This document shows positions 55,824 through 64,000 of a stretch of 64,000 nucleotides of DNA, piece by piece (within the stretch, counting starts at the first letter, position 1; the number at the start of each line of letters is the position of its first letter). A program made the translations under genes and the position numbers. The stretch comes from a virus (taxonomy: Duplodnaviria > Caudoviricetes), in the IMG/VR virus record IMGVR_UViG_3300014664_000015, positions 1 through 64,000 of that record. One strand, written 5' to 3'. The notes under the pieces were generated by a model. The model had not been told where the DNA came from. It saw only the letters and a list, made by a program, of their open reading frames with translations, and made no database searches.

Positions 55824-55837
55824 GGCCCCCATAAAAA

Positions 55838-57115
55838 TTAAGCCCCGTCATTGCGGGGCTCTTTGCTTGATCCAAGATCGGTAATGGGTACGTTCTGCGA
55901 CTGGCGCGTCGCCACGTCACCGCCAGGCAGTGGTGGCAGGTTATCCAGCCGTCGAACCTCGTTAACGGTGCGAATGCCGGTATTGACCATGATCTGCATG
56001 AATGATGCCCGGCTTGTTGAGTCGCCGCGTAACAGCCCGTCGAGGTTATGTTCGGCATGAATAGCGCCCTGTTCTGACTCTTTCACCAGCCAGCGCTCAA
56101 TGCTGTACTCCCAACGGTCAAGGTAGGGTTTTAGCGTGTACTGAAGAAAACCCAGGTTTTGATGCTCAATTCCCGAGCCCCAGGAGGTGGTTTTATCAAC
56201 ATCGCCTACCAGATGCGGAGGCACACCGTAAAAGCGGGCCAGTTCGGCGACCTGAAATTTTCGTGCAGCCAGTATTTCCGAATCCTGAGGCGAAACCCCT
56301 ATAGCCTGCGTAGTAAACCCGCTCTCCAGGATCCACAACCGCTTTTTAACCGGTCCGCCTGCAATCTCCTTAAAGTTCTCCTCCAGCTGACCGCGCTGCT
56401 CTTTAGTCAGCACCTTGCCATCAGTCATCAGGATCTGCGGAGACTTCGCGCCGTTCGCGAAGAACTCACGCTGATTATCTTCCATGGCAATGGCGACACC
56501 TGCAGACTTCGCGCTGAACGCCAGCGGAGACAGGCCGGTTAGCCCGTTGAAGCCAAATCCCTTGAGATGGAAAATTTCTTTCTGTGAAAAGTTGGCGTAT
56601 TCCGTGTCACGACGATAGCGGTAGATAATGGTTTTGCCGTTTTCACTGAGCCGCACTTCCATATTGGCGCTCATCAGAGGAACCATACTGATAACGTCGC
56701 CGACGCTGTTTCGCTCCACATGCGCGTAAGCATTACCGTAGGCGCACAACTGCATGGTCATGGCTTCGCGGAACTCCAGAGCGGTCATGAAATTGTTTGG
56801 CCGGAACCTCAGTAGTTTTGCGAGAGGATGGTTGCCAGGAACCTTGCTGCGCTGATCGTCTTTGGTCTCGTAAACATCAAGCGGTAAAGATGCAGTGACT
56901 GTAGAAATGAGACGGATACAGGCCCACACCGTGCTGATTTGCATGTTTCGCTCATCAGTGACAACGGATTCACCAACAACGCCGTGCGCAGAGGTGCCAG
57001 CCATCTGAGAGCCTTTCTCTGGTGTAACCAGTCTGCCACCGGTCAGGATGGAGGCCATGCGCGCCCAGAATGGCGATCGCGTTCGCAGGTCAATGCTGTA
57101 ATCGGTATCTGCCAT
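55838..57115 (-). CDS. Portal protein, HK97 family
   Basis: VWACI.LIS..ASLP, GNAY, G.SP, IAR.YGVPP. Confidence 0.96.
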   Translation of the reverse strand: MADTDYSIDLRTRSPFWARMASILTGGRLVTPEKGSQMAGTSAHGVVGESVVTDERNMQISTVWACIRLISTVTASLPLDVYETKDDQRSKVPGNHPLAKLLRFRPNNFMTALEFREAMTMQLCAYGNAYAHVERNSVGDVISMVPLMSANMEVRLSENGKTIIYRYRRDTEYANFSQKEIFHLKGFGFNGLTGLSPLAFSAKSAGVAIAMEDNQREFFANGAKSPQILMTDGKVLTKEQRGQLEENFKEIAGGPVKKRLWILESGFTTQAIGVSPQDSEILAARKFQVAELARFYGVPPHLVGDVDKTTSWGSGIEHQNLGFLQYTLKPYLDRWEYSIERWLVKESEQGAIHAEHNLDGLLRGDSTSRASFMQIMVNTGIRTVNEVRRLDNLPPLPGGDVATRQSQNVPITDLGSSKEPRNDGA

Positions 57116-57117
57116 TT

Positions 57118-58650
57118 TTACACGCTCAAAAAGTTATAGATAAAATCGTTAACATCTCCCGGGTCCTCTACATCGTCACTGGACTGTGCCCCGATGGACA
57201 TTGCCAGTGCTACCATGCCGTCGATACGGCCACTCGACTTGCCTTTTACAAATTTGCGGTTACCGGCGGGGTCGGTGATTACCGTGGCGTTTTTGGCGCA
57301 CATTTCGAGGATCGGATGGTTGCCGTGCTTCAGCTGCGCACCGAGCAATCTGGCCTCAAGCTCCCTGAGTGCGGGAGACATAGAAACAAAGCCCTGGCCA
57401 AATTCCACAAACCGCTCAAGCTCCGCTTCAGTGAATCCGGCGTCGATGAGATGAGGGCGAAGGAAGCGCATGTTATAGCGGTCGAACGCCAGCACCCTGA
57501 CGTTACAGATATCAAAAACGCGCCGCAGCTCCCTGGCGATAAAGGCATACTCAATGGCTTTTCCCGGTGTCGTGTTCAGCCAGCCCTGCCTCGCCCAGAT
57601 GTCATAAGGCACGCGATCGTTACGCGCTTTGTCTGCCAGCCCTTCCTCAGGTAGCCAGAACTTACAGTGCACATCGCCATGGGTTGTGTTGAGAATAAGC
57701 GCGGTGAGGTCCGACACGCTGGAAAGGTCCAGGCCGCCCCAGACGGTAGCGCCCGCCAGTTCGCCGGGTTCCTCTTTATTCATGTGCCAGACGGTCTGAC
57801 TCACGAACGGGCTTTTCGCCTCAACCCTGCGGTTTAGTACAAGGTTCTCAAACTCTGCCTGGCGCGACGGCAGGCGTTTTGCGCTGGCGGCCATATCCAG
57901 CACTTCTTTCTGGTTCATGAATACATCGAAGGCGGGGTTTGCCAGCCTGATGGCTTCAACAGAGAAAGGATCGATATCTTCCGGCGCGGTCTGGAGCCTG
58001 ACCACCGTTCGCGGATCGGCCCCGGTCAGGCCATCATCAATCAGCAGGCTGAGCAGGTCGCTCGCATCGGGTGCCTGGGTGCTGATGATTACCGAGATAG
58101 GGTTATCCTGAGCAGCGGTCGCCGTTTCCAGCGCTTCATAAAGAGGGTCACGCGGCCCACGAACCTGCCCCAGCTCATCGTGGGCGACAAATCGCGGCGA
58201 GAAACCGTAGGCCGTGGTGGCTTCTGCGCTCAGTGCGCGATAATAAGAACCCAGTTCAGGGCAGTGAATTTCTTTTGCTGAATCCTTGATCGCAACATAC
58301 TGCATAAGCACCGGATTCATCCGGCACATCTTGGAGGCCAGGTTAAACAGAATGGCCGCCTGGTCACGCGAACGTGCGGCAGAATACAGCTGCGAGTTCG
58401 GCGCCGCTTCTGGCCCCACCAGATAGAGCAGCATCAGCATGGCGGTTTCAACGGTCTTGGCGTTCTTGCGCCCGCGGCTGATGATGGCGCGGCGAGTGCC
58501 ATGCTTGTTGTCAAAGATAGCCCTGAAGTCGTCTTTCATGAACTCAGCCATTTTCAGGGGCTGGCCAACAAACTTACCTTCAGGGATAACGATATTTCTT
58601 TCGCACCAGAGGATATTCCTCTCGGCTCTTGTCAGAGTTTTTTTAGCCAT
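57118..58650 (-). CDS. Terminase large subunit
   Basis: GRKNAKT, DELG, GLDLS..DLTA, IDG.VA. Confidence 0.96.
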   Translation of the reverse strand: MAKKTLTRAERNILWCERNIVIPEGKFVGQPLKMAEFMKDDFRAIFDNKHGTRRAIISRGRKNAKTVETAMLMLLYLVGPEAAPNSQLYSAARSRDQAAILFNLASKMCRMNPVLMQYVAIKDSAKEIHCPELGSYYRALSAEATTAYGFSPRFVAHDELGQVRGPRDPLYEALETATAAQDNPISVIISTQAPDASDLLSLLIDDGLTGADPRTVVRLQTAPEDIDPFSVEAIRLANPAFDVFMNQKEVLDMAASAKRLPSRQAEFENLVLNRRVEAKSPFVSQTVWHMNKEEPGELAGATVWGGLDLSSVSDLTALILNTTHGDVHCKFWLPEEGLADKARNDRVPYDIWARQGWLNTTPGKAIEYAFIARELRRVFDICNVRVLAFDRYNMRFLRPHLIDAGFTEAELERFVEFGQGFVSMSPALRELEARLLGAQLKHGNHPILEMCAKNATVITDPAGNRKFVKGKSSGRIDGMVALAMSIGAQSSDDVEDPGDVNDFIYNFLSV

Positions 58651-58659
58651 CGAAGAGCC

Positions 58660-59094
58660 TTATTCAATTTCCCAGGGTTTTCTCTCCCGTGGCAGATTGT
58701 TGTTGGCACGACCTACCGTTTTGGGATCGGCAGTCGCCTGCCGGGTGATCCGCAGCCGCGTCGCCAGTGAGGACGCAGAGCGCACTTCACGCTCGCGCAT
58801 CGTGAGCAGTTTGTCGTAACGCTTCAGCCCATCTTCTCGGGACAACCACTCCAGTTCGAATTCTTCAATCTGGGTGGTGAGCAACCGAGCCTGCACAACA
58901 TGGCGGCAGTACATTTCCAGCATGTCGCGGTGCGTTTCGGTAAATGAGCTGGCGGGGTTGTCATTGACCAACCGGACCCAGACGTTTATTTCCGGATCGC
59001 TCAGATGAATGGACGGCTGTAGCCTGCTTTCAGCCAGTGCCGGCAGCGAGACAGCAGACGTCGCAGCCAGAGACTTTCTGCCTCGCTGTGCCAT
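58660..59094 (-). CDS. Terminase small subunit (HK97 type)
   Basis: MAQRGRKS, P..L...E...W, LATRLRIT. Confidence 0.9.
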   Translation of the reverse strand: MAQRGRKSLAATSAVSLPALAESRLQPSIHLSDPEINVWVRLVNDNPASSFTETHRDMLEMYCRHVVQARLLTTQIEEFELEWLSREDGLKRYDKLLTMREREVRSASSLATRLRITRQATADPKTVGRANNNLPRERKPWEIE

Positions 59095-59158
59095 CGCTTT
59101 TTTCCTTTTTTTCTGGACGTTTTTAAAATGAAATGGGGGAGCGCGGTCTTTAAGATTT

Positions 59159-59168
59159 TGCCGCCAGA
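59159..59168. other. Putative HK97-like cos
   Basis: TGCCGCCAGA, 8/10 match to CGCCGCCAAA recalled for HK97/HK022; between HNH and terS. Confidence 0.45.
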
Positions 59169-59215
59169 GTTTTACCCCTCCCCCCAGCCCTCAGGTATGC
59201 AAATGAGAATTAATA

Positions 59216-59425
59216 TCATTTCTCGATGATTCGCAGGTTTTCGCGGGACATGCCGGGCGGCACCAGTGAGTCGCCGACACCGATCGGGATCGACAGGCTG
59301 ACGGTAGGTAGCGTCTCGCCAACTTCGTGGGTGAAGCTGATAGCGGTGACACCATTGAACTTCACACCATCAATGCTCAACTCAGTCAGCCTGCCATCAC
59401 GATATTCAATCTTCAGGTCCTGCAT
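59216..59425 (-). CDS. Hypothetical 69-aa protein
   Basis: GGAG RBS; beta-rich; between HNH and cos. Confidence 0.7.
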   Translation of the reverse strand: MQDLKIEYRDGRLTELSIDGVKFNGVTAISFTHEVGETLPTVSLSIPIGVGDSLVPPGMSRENLRIIEK

Positions 59426-59437
59426 TGCATGCTCCTG

Positions 59438-59728
59438 TTACCAGATAACCCGACCCTCTTCATCGAACTCGGTCACCGTTCCGCCGTTCTCCATGCGTTG
59501 CTTCACGGAGTCGTGGCAGCGTTTGCATAAACTTTGTAAATTTTCTGGATCGTGAAAGAGAGTTTCATCGCCTTTATGCGGCTTAACGTGGTCCACTACA
59601 GCCGCCGAAACGATCTGATTACGCTTGAGGTGAAACTCGCACAACGGCTGCTGTTGCAGCTGGTGATGGCGCAGGCGGTACCATCGCTTCGTGTTGTAGA
59701 GGTTATGCCAGGGGGAGTTTGATGCCAT
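59438..59728 (-). CDS. HNH packaging endonuclease (HK97 gp74-like)
   Basis: PLC..., VVDH..PH.GD, NLQ.LC..CHD..K. Confidence 0.92.
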   Translation of the reverse strand: MASNSPWHNLYNTKRWYRLRHHQLQQQPLCEFHLKRNQIVSAAVVDHVKPHKGDETLFHDPENLQSLCKRCHDSVKQRMENGGTVTEFDEEGRVIW

Positions 59729-59739
59729 ACACTGAATCC

Positions 59740-60576
59740 TCAGGGACGATACAGCAGACCACCTGGCTTCAGCGCGTTGCGGATAGCATCGCTTGCGGCT
59801 TGTTCAATAGCCTGCTGCGTGGTGACAAGTGCCGAAGCCTGAGCATCCTGTGACGCCTGCAGCGCCTTGAACACATCGCTTTCGCGTATGGCATCAATGA
59901 CAGCTTCGCGCATATCGTCAGAGAGGCGGGTCTTTACTTCAGCGGCATGGAGTGCGCTTTTGATTGTGCTCAGTGCCGCGCCAATAACTGCAAACCGATC
60001 CGCTTTAAACTCAACCTGCTGTTGACCATCTTCAACAGCAACACCCATTCCAGCTACGTGAACGACGCCAGCGTCATCAGTGTGGCCTTTTATACTCCAG
60101 GCGGCTTTTGCTGATTCATCGGAATCCGGACCGCTCATTAATCTAGGGTCAGACTCACCCAGGTAGTTGTGAATAAAGTTAGCGGTATTGATAGTTACTG
60201 TACCCAGCTGGCCGTAATTGTAGGTTTCGTCCAGAAGGTCTCTGAAGGCAGAGGTGTCAGGTAAACTTTTCAAGATTTCGTCCACCAGCTTTTGTTCTGC
60301 TGGAGGGTTAATTCGCCCCACGCGCATTCTGACCGAACCGTCCTCACCATAGGCTGTTAGCTCACCGCCGGACATTTCCACACGTCCGCGTGTTTTGGTG
60401 CGCATATCCTTCACGCGCAGCTGGCCGGGAAAATATTCAGGGTAACCACTCACTTTTGTACGGCGGCCTTTGAGGTCGTACTCAGCAGAGCCAGCGGGGC
60501 TTTTGATGATCATGCCATGGTCGGTCTGAACGATACGTAGGCCAAGCATCGCCTGCTGTAGCGATAAGTGTTTCAT
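59740..60576 (-). CDS. Moron protein containing segments similar to tail-tip J (DUF1983-like)
   Basis: KAAWSIK..AGMGVAVEDGQQQVEFKADRFAV aligns with the J C-terminus in this window. Confidence 0.7.
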   Translation of the reverse strand: MKHLSLQQAMLGLRIVQTDHGMIIKSPAGSAEYDLKGRRTKVSGYPEYFPGQLRVKDMRTKTRGRVEMSGGELTAYGEDGSVRMRVGRINPPAEQKLVDEILKSLPDTSAFRDLLDETYNYGQLGTVTINTANFIHNYLGESDPRLMSGPDSDESAKAAWSIKGHTDDAGVVHVAGMGVAVEDGQQQVEFKADRFAVIGAALSTIKSALHAAEVKTRLSDDMREAVIDAIRESDVFKALQASQDAQASALVTTQQAIEQAASDAIRNALKPGGLLYRP

Positions 60577-60690
60577 TCGGGTTTCCTTTTAGATGTGAGC
60601 CTGTCGCACGGCAATGCCGCCGAAAGTTAACGGTCTGCCCAGGCTCGCAGCTGAAAGACTTTCTTTGATGTGCGCGTGCGATGCGCATAA
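60577..60690 (-). promoter_or_regulatory. Structured leader upstream of the J-like moron
   Basis: GAGCCTG/CAGGCTC stem (60597-60646) enclosing GGCA/TGCC and CCG/CGG stems. Confidence 0.4.
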
Positions 60691-60700
60691 AAAAGCCCCG

Positions 60701-60928
60701 CTATTGCGAGGCTCTGGTTTGTTTCTGGCAGTTCGCCTGCCACGCTTTGTTATGCGCCAGGATGTCTTTCTTCGTCTGGCGGTCCATAACGTCGATATCG
60801 TGTTCAGTCAGGTAGATCGGCTTTACCCAGTCACAGGCGGTATCAACCACCACCGGGACGCTTCCACGTGTCACGCAGCTCGCGATCAACATCGTTATCA
60901 GGCAAGTGGTTAACAGTCTGCTGTACAT
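60701..60928 (-). CDS. Outer-membrane spanin (Rz1-like)
   Basis: LIASC lipobox; paralog of 21395-21652. Confidence 0.85.
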   Translation of the reverse strand: MYSRLLTTCLITMLIASCVTRGSVPVVVDTACDWVKPIYLTEHDIDVMDRQTKKDILAHNKAWQANCQKQTRASQ

Positions 60929-61118
60929 TGCTGGCCTCTTTCGTTGCTTCTACCCGGCGTTCGGCTACTGCTTCAGTCGCTGCGGCCTTTTCTTCGGTTC
61001 GCTGCTGGTCAGCTTTCGCTTCAGCTTTGCTGGTGCCGCGGATATGACCCAGGCCAAAAGCGCCAGCGATAGCGGAAATAACCAGTGCGGCCAGCCCGAT
61101 TATCGTTTCGATCCCCAC
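60843..61118 (-). CDS. Inner-membrane spanin; GTG start at 61118
   Basis: TM helix plus coiled coil; paralog of 21573-21842. Confidence 0.82.
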   Translation of the reverse strand: MGIETIIGLAALVISAIAGAFGLGHIRGTSKAEAKADQQRTEEKAAATEAVAERRVEATKEASNVQQTVNHLPDNDVDRELRDTWKRPGGG

Positions 61119-61125
61119 ATTCACC

Positions 61126-61755
61126 TCACACCAGAATTGATTTCGCCAGGTTAAACAGCGCGCGACGTTTATCCAGCCCGTTACGGCCGCCATTGATAAG
61201 CAGCGTGACGCGCTCCACATCGCCTGAATGGAGCAGGCATCCGTGCGAGACGTAGAACCATGCGGCTGAGCGCGCGGCGAATTCATCCTTTTCAAGCAGC
61301 TCCGGATGAGTAACAAGGTCCAGTTTCAACGCCTGGCCACAACTGCGATAGTTGCTCAGGCCGGTAACCTGTTTCAGCCCACGACCGCGATATTTCCAGC
61401 CATCTCCGGCAACCTGGTTGCCCAGGTGTTCTTTTCCCCACTCCCCACCGTATACCAGATTGGCTATCGCTTTCTGGTTTGCCGGTTGCGTTGCAGTTCT
61501 GCCAAGTGCGGCGGCCTGCTGTTGCGTGATGCGGTGGCTGCCGAACGTAGGTACCAGGTTTTCAGCCGCGTAATTCAGATTTTCCACAACACGGGTAAAC
61601 CTGGTGCTTTCATGTCCCATCTGGGCAATAAACATGGCCTGGTCAAGCGGTGCAGTGATGCCGTATTCCTTCATGGCGGCGTCGATATGTGGAAACCAGC
61701 GCGCAGCTAACCCGGCGCTTATACCAGCCGCCTTCTGAAATTGTGATTGGTTCAC
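61126..61755 (-). CDS. Endolysin, GH19; GTG start at 61755
   Basis: About 93% aa identity to 21850-22479 by manual comparison. Confidence 0.95.
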   Translation of the reverse strand: MNQSQFQKAAGISAGLAARWFPHIDAAMKEYGITAPLDQAMFIAQMGHESTRFTRVVENLNYAAENLVPTFGSHRITQQQAAALGRTATQPANQKAIANLVYGGEWGKEHLGNQVAGDGWKYRGRGLKQVTGLSNYRSCGQALKLDLVTHPELLEKDEFAARSAAWFYVSHGCLLHSGDVERVTLLINGGRNGLDKRRALFNLAKSILV

Positions 61756-62033
61756 GTTGTGCTTTCCCCTGCGATTCTTGCGATGTTGCCACGAGCACGC
61801 CATACGGCTATGCAGACAATGAGATTGACGACCAACTCTCCGTAATCAACTTGCACGTAATCACCATGCCAGATGCGGAAAGCGGTAAACGCCGGTGCGA
61901 GGATCAGCCCATAAGCCAGAAACTCCATCAGACGGCGTCGGCGTCGGCTCCGTTTTCTGAAGAACATCAGGCGTATGGTTATCAGGATGCATGCAATAGC
62001 ATTAATATTCAGAATCAGTGTTTGCCACGTCAT
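61752..62033 (-). CDS. Holin-family membrane protein
   Basis: 93 aa, three TM segments, polybasic loop. Confidence 0.75.
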   Translation of the reverse strand: MTWQTLILNINAIACILITIRLMFFRKRSRRRRRLMEFLAYGLILAPAFTAFRIWHGDYVQVDYGELVVNLIVCIAVWRARGNIARIAGESTT

Positions 62034-62434
62034 TCTTCCCCCTTCAATCCGGGTAAGTCTCCTGTCTTCGAGCGCTTGAGAACGCGAAGAAGGACGGTGA
62101 CAGAAACCGTGGAGGCCGCCAGCGCGCCTATGGCTGGGGATACCTTCACAGCAACTGGCGGAGAAAGGTGACTTAATGCCGCATTGATAAGCGCTGCGAT
62201 GATTTCGGATGCTGTTCCAGCGCAGTAAACCCCACCGATAAATGAGATAAGCGCAAACAGTATTTGCTTCCAGAGCTTATGATCTTCGCTGTTCAAGACG
62301 TAAAGAGCTGCTCCGGCAAGAGAGCAAAGCATTACAGCGGGTGTGGCTTCTGGAAACATCGTGGCGAAGGTGATTCCGGTAGTTCCGGCAGCAACACCGG
62401 CAGTTGCCGTAGCAGATATCGGTTCTGCGGACAT
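62030..62434 (-). CDS. Holin/antiholin membrane protein
   Basis: 134 aa, multiple TM segments; first lysis gene. Confidence 0.75.
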   Translation of the reverse strand: MSAEPISATATAGVAAGTTGITFATMFPEATPAVMLCSLAGAALYVLNSEDHKLWKQILFALISFIGGVYCAGTASEIIAALINAALSHLSPPVAVKVSPAIGALAASTVSVTVLLRVLKRSKTGDLPGLKGEE

Positions 62435-62532
62435 TTAGCCCCCTCTTATTGCCGTGGGTCCTCTCAGTAATGAGGGGAAATAAAAAAGGCCTCTAATGAA
62501 GAGGCCTTATTCTTTAGATAGGTAATTGTTTT

Positions 62533-62865
62533 TTATCTGACATTCCAAACAGTTTCATCCAACTCGATGATGATATTTCCATCTTCGATTTCGAACTCCA
62601 TAGTCCCGTTAACAGAACTTGTGTCGTTCATGTCTGCGCATCCCGCGTAGAAATTTATCTCGGCTGTGTATTCGAAAAATCCTTCGGCTATCGCCGTGAT
62701 TTCAAAAGAACCATCAACGACCGAGTATCTCGCATCTCCACCAAAATCAGTAAGAAGATACTCTTCGAACATATACGAATTAGATTCGATAATATCTTTT
62801 AAGGCATTCAAATCTGTGGGGTTTGTGCCATCAAGAGGTATTTTATGGTTTTTAATCTGCTGCAT
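62533..62865 (-). CDS. Highly acidic 110-aa moron protein
   Basis: 22 D/E versus 5 K/R; AGGTGGA RBS; AT-rich; own terminator at ~62481-62507. Confidence 0.8.
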   Translation of the reverse strand: MQQIKNHKIPLDGTNPTDLNALKDIIESNSYMFEEYLLTDFGGDARYSVVDGSFEITAIAEGFFEYTAEINFYAGCADMNDTSSVNGTMEFEIEDGNIIIELDETVWNVR

Positions 62866-62945
62866 GTATCCACCTGTTCGTTGATAAGTGGATTCAGCAT
62901 ATTTCCAAAACGATTATGTCAAAAATGTTTTTTTAATCAGAAATG

Positions 62946-62969
62946 AAAAAACCCGCTAATCGCGGGTTT
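62946..62969 (-). terminator. tR'-like terminator of prophage B
   Basis: AAACCCGCGATTAGCGGGTTTTTT just after Q. Confidence 0.75.
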
Positions 62970-63019
62970 CTTAGTGTTTTGCTGCTCAGTTCGCTTTAAC
63001 GTCCCGAGCCTACCACAAT

Positions 63020-63598
63020 TTAAGCACTTTCCTGCTCACTCTGCAACTTAAATCTGTCGCGATTTGTGTCGAACGCCTCACAAAGTGGTGCGTAAAGGAT
63101 CGATTCTGCAAGACTGACCCATGTATCAATGCGACGACGGCATGTAATAAGGGTCCAGCCGGGGTGTTTTGAATTAAGTTCTTTAGCCATCTGGAGTTTG
63201 CTTTTACGCAGACGATGACGATCAACAATCACACTATACAGCCCACGGTATTCTTCGTTCATCAGCACTGCCGCAATAACGCCGTCAATCTTAAGCCCCT
63301 CTTCGTCCGAGCAGAACGCCAGGCAAGTTTTGTTTTTACTGTCGAGAATTTCTCGCAGGTACGCTTCCAGCTCGGGTTTGGTGATGCCGGATTTCTTCAT
63401 GCGGCGCAGCGCATCGTTGATGGCGGATTTGGTTATTTTCCCGGATGCCAGCAGCTGGTTGAACATGTTTCCGCCCGAGCCACCACCGATATAAGACCAG
63501 CGGCCCCACATGCGGAGCTTTCCCTGTACCCAGATACTTTCGAGAGTGCGAAGGCGAACCAACTCGCCGGATTTGCCAACTTCTGAAGGATTGATCAT
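63020..63598 (-). CDS. Q-position antiterminator (DUF1133-like)
   Basis: LESIWVQGKLRMWGRWS motif; directly before the late leader. Confidence 0.72.
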   Translation of the reverse strand: MINPSEVGKSGELVRLRTLESIWVQGKLRMWGRWSYIGGGSGGNMFNQLLASGKITKSAINDALRRMKKSGITKPELEAYLREILDSKNKTCLAFCSDEEGLKIDGVIAAVLMNEEYRGLYSVIVDRHRLRKSKLQMAKELNSKHPGWTLITCRRRIDTWVSLAESILYAPLCEAFDTNRDRFKLQSEQESA

Positions 63599-63610
63599 TT
63601 GCGTCTCCAC

Positions 63611-64000
63611 TTACGCCAGTACGCCGATTGCCAGCGAACGATCTAAAAACCGAAACAGCAGCGTTAACTGGTCGCCGCGCTTCGCTTCAAATGCCACAGG
63701 ATCAGCGTGCAACTCATCGTGATGCGCTCTGCACAGCGGTATCACAAACAGGTCGTGCGCTTTTGTTCCCATTCCACCCTGCCCGTGGCCTATCAGGTGG
63801 TGGGGGTCGTCTGCCTGCTTGTTACAGCAGACGCAAAGCTGGGACTTTACCCAGCGTGTCCAGTTCTCATTAACCCAGCGGCGGCGCTTTGGCCTAAGCA
63901 TGAAAGATTCCGGTGACTCAGGGTCTACCTTAACGGAGACAACCTTCTTCACCTTCTCCTGGAGGATTTCAGTCGCCGGTAACGACGGAACAATGTCGCT
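63611..64000 (-). CDS. DUF968-like HNH protein, 3' part; the ORF continues beyond the window
   Basis: WVKSQ.C.CC...ADD.HH, PLCR.HH.ELH; frame stays open to 64000. Confidence 0.8.
   Translation of the reverse strand, partial: SDIVPSLPATEILQEKVKKVVSVKVDPESPESFMLRPKRRRWVNENWTRWVKSQLCVCCNKQADDPHHLIGHGQGGMGTKAHDLFVIPLCRAHHDELHADPVAFEAKRGDQLTLLFRFLDRSLAIGVLA

Larger units (their letters stand above)
37847..64000. mobile_element. Prophage B: HK97/lambda-type siphovirus; early region outside window
   Basis: Complete HK97-type head, lambda-type tail, lysis and Q genes in order. Confidence 0.95.

Overview
The whole 64 kb is prophage DNA from an enterobacterial chromosome (Enterobacter/Klebsiella-like by gene content; inference). 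Two temperate phages lie head-to-tail. Prophage A (1 to ~37.9 kb, left end outside the window) combines a P2-like contractile tail, a lambda-like head (ClpP-capsid fusion, GpA-type terminase, cos-like site), a GH19 lysis cassette and a 2.5-kb accessory block after pR' (GNAT-like gene, 57-aa ORF, tRNA-Arg(UCU), two tandem cloverleaf ncRNA candidates, a lipoprotein). It continues with Q, nin-like genes, replication, cro/cI, a RecE-N-terminal-like gene, xis and int. A 57-bp 3' fragment of tRNA-Leu(UAA) at 37847-37903 is the shared att junction. Prophage B (37.9 kb to beyond 64 kb) is an HK97/lambda-type siphovirus with LexA-box genes, tail fibre, cor, tail, head, HNH, morons, a lysis cassette near-identical to A's in endolysin and spanins, and Q. 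Best leads: (1) the covarying tandem cloverleaf RNAs; (2) the GNAT/small-protein module with a triple-hairpin spacer; (3) a GATC-containing OxyR-type element shared by both phages, which may make cor epigenetically switchable; (4) a moron built from shuffled tail-tip J segments; (5) a 39.3-kb hybrid genome that recombination between the two endolysin genes could excise. All family names are from recognition and memory; no searches were run.
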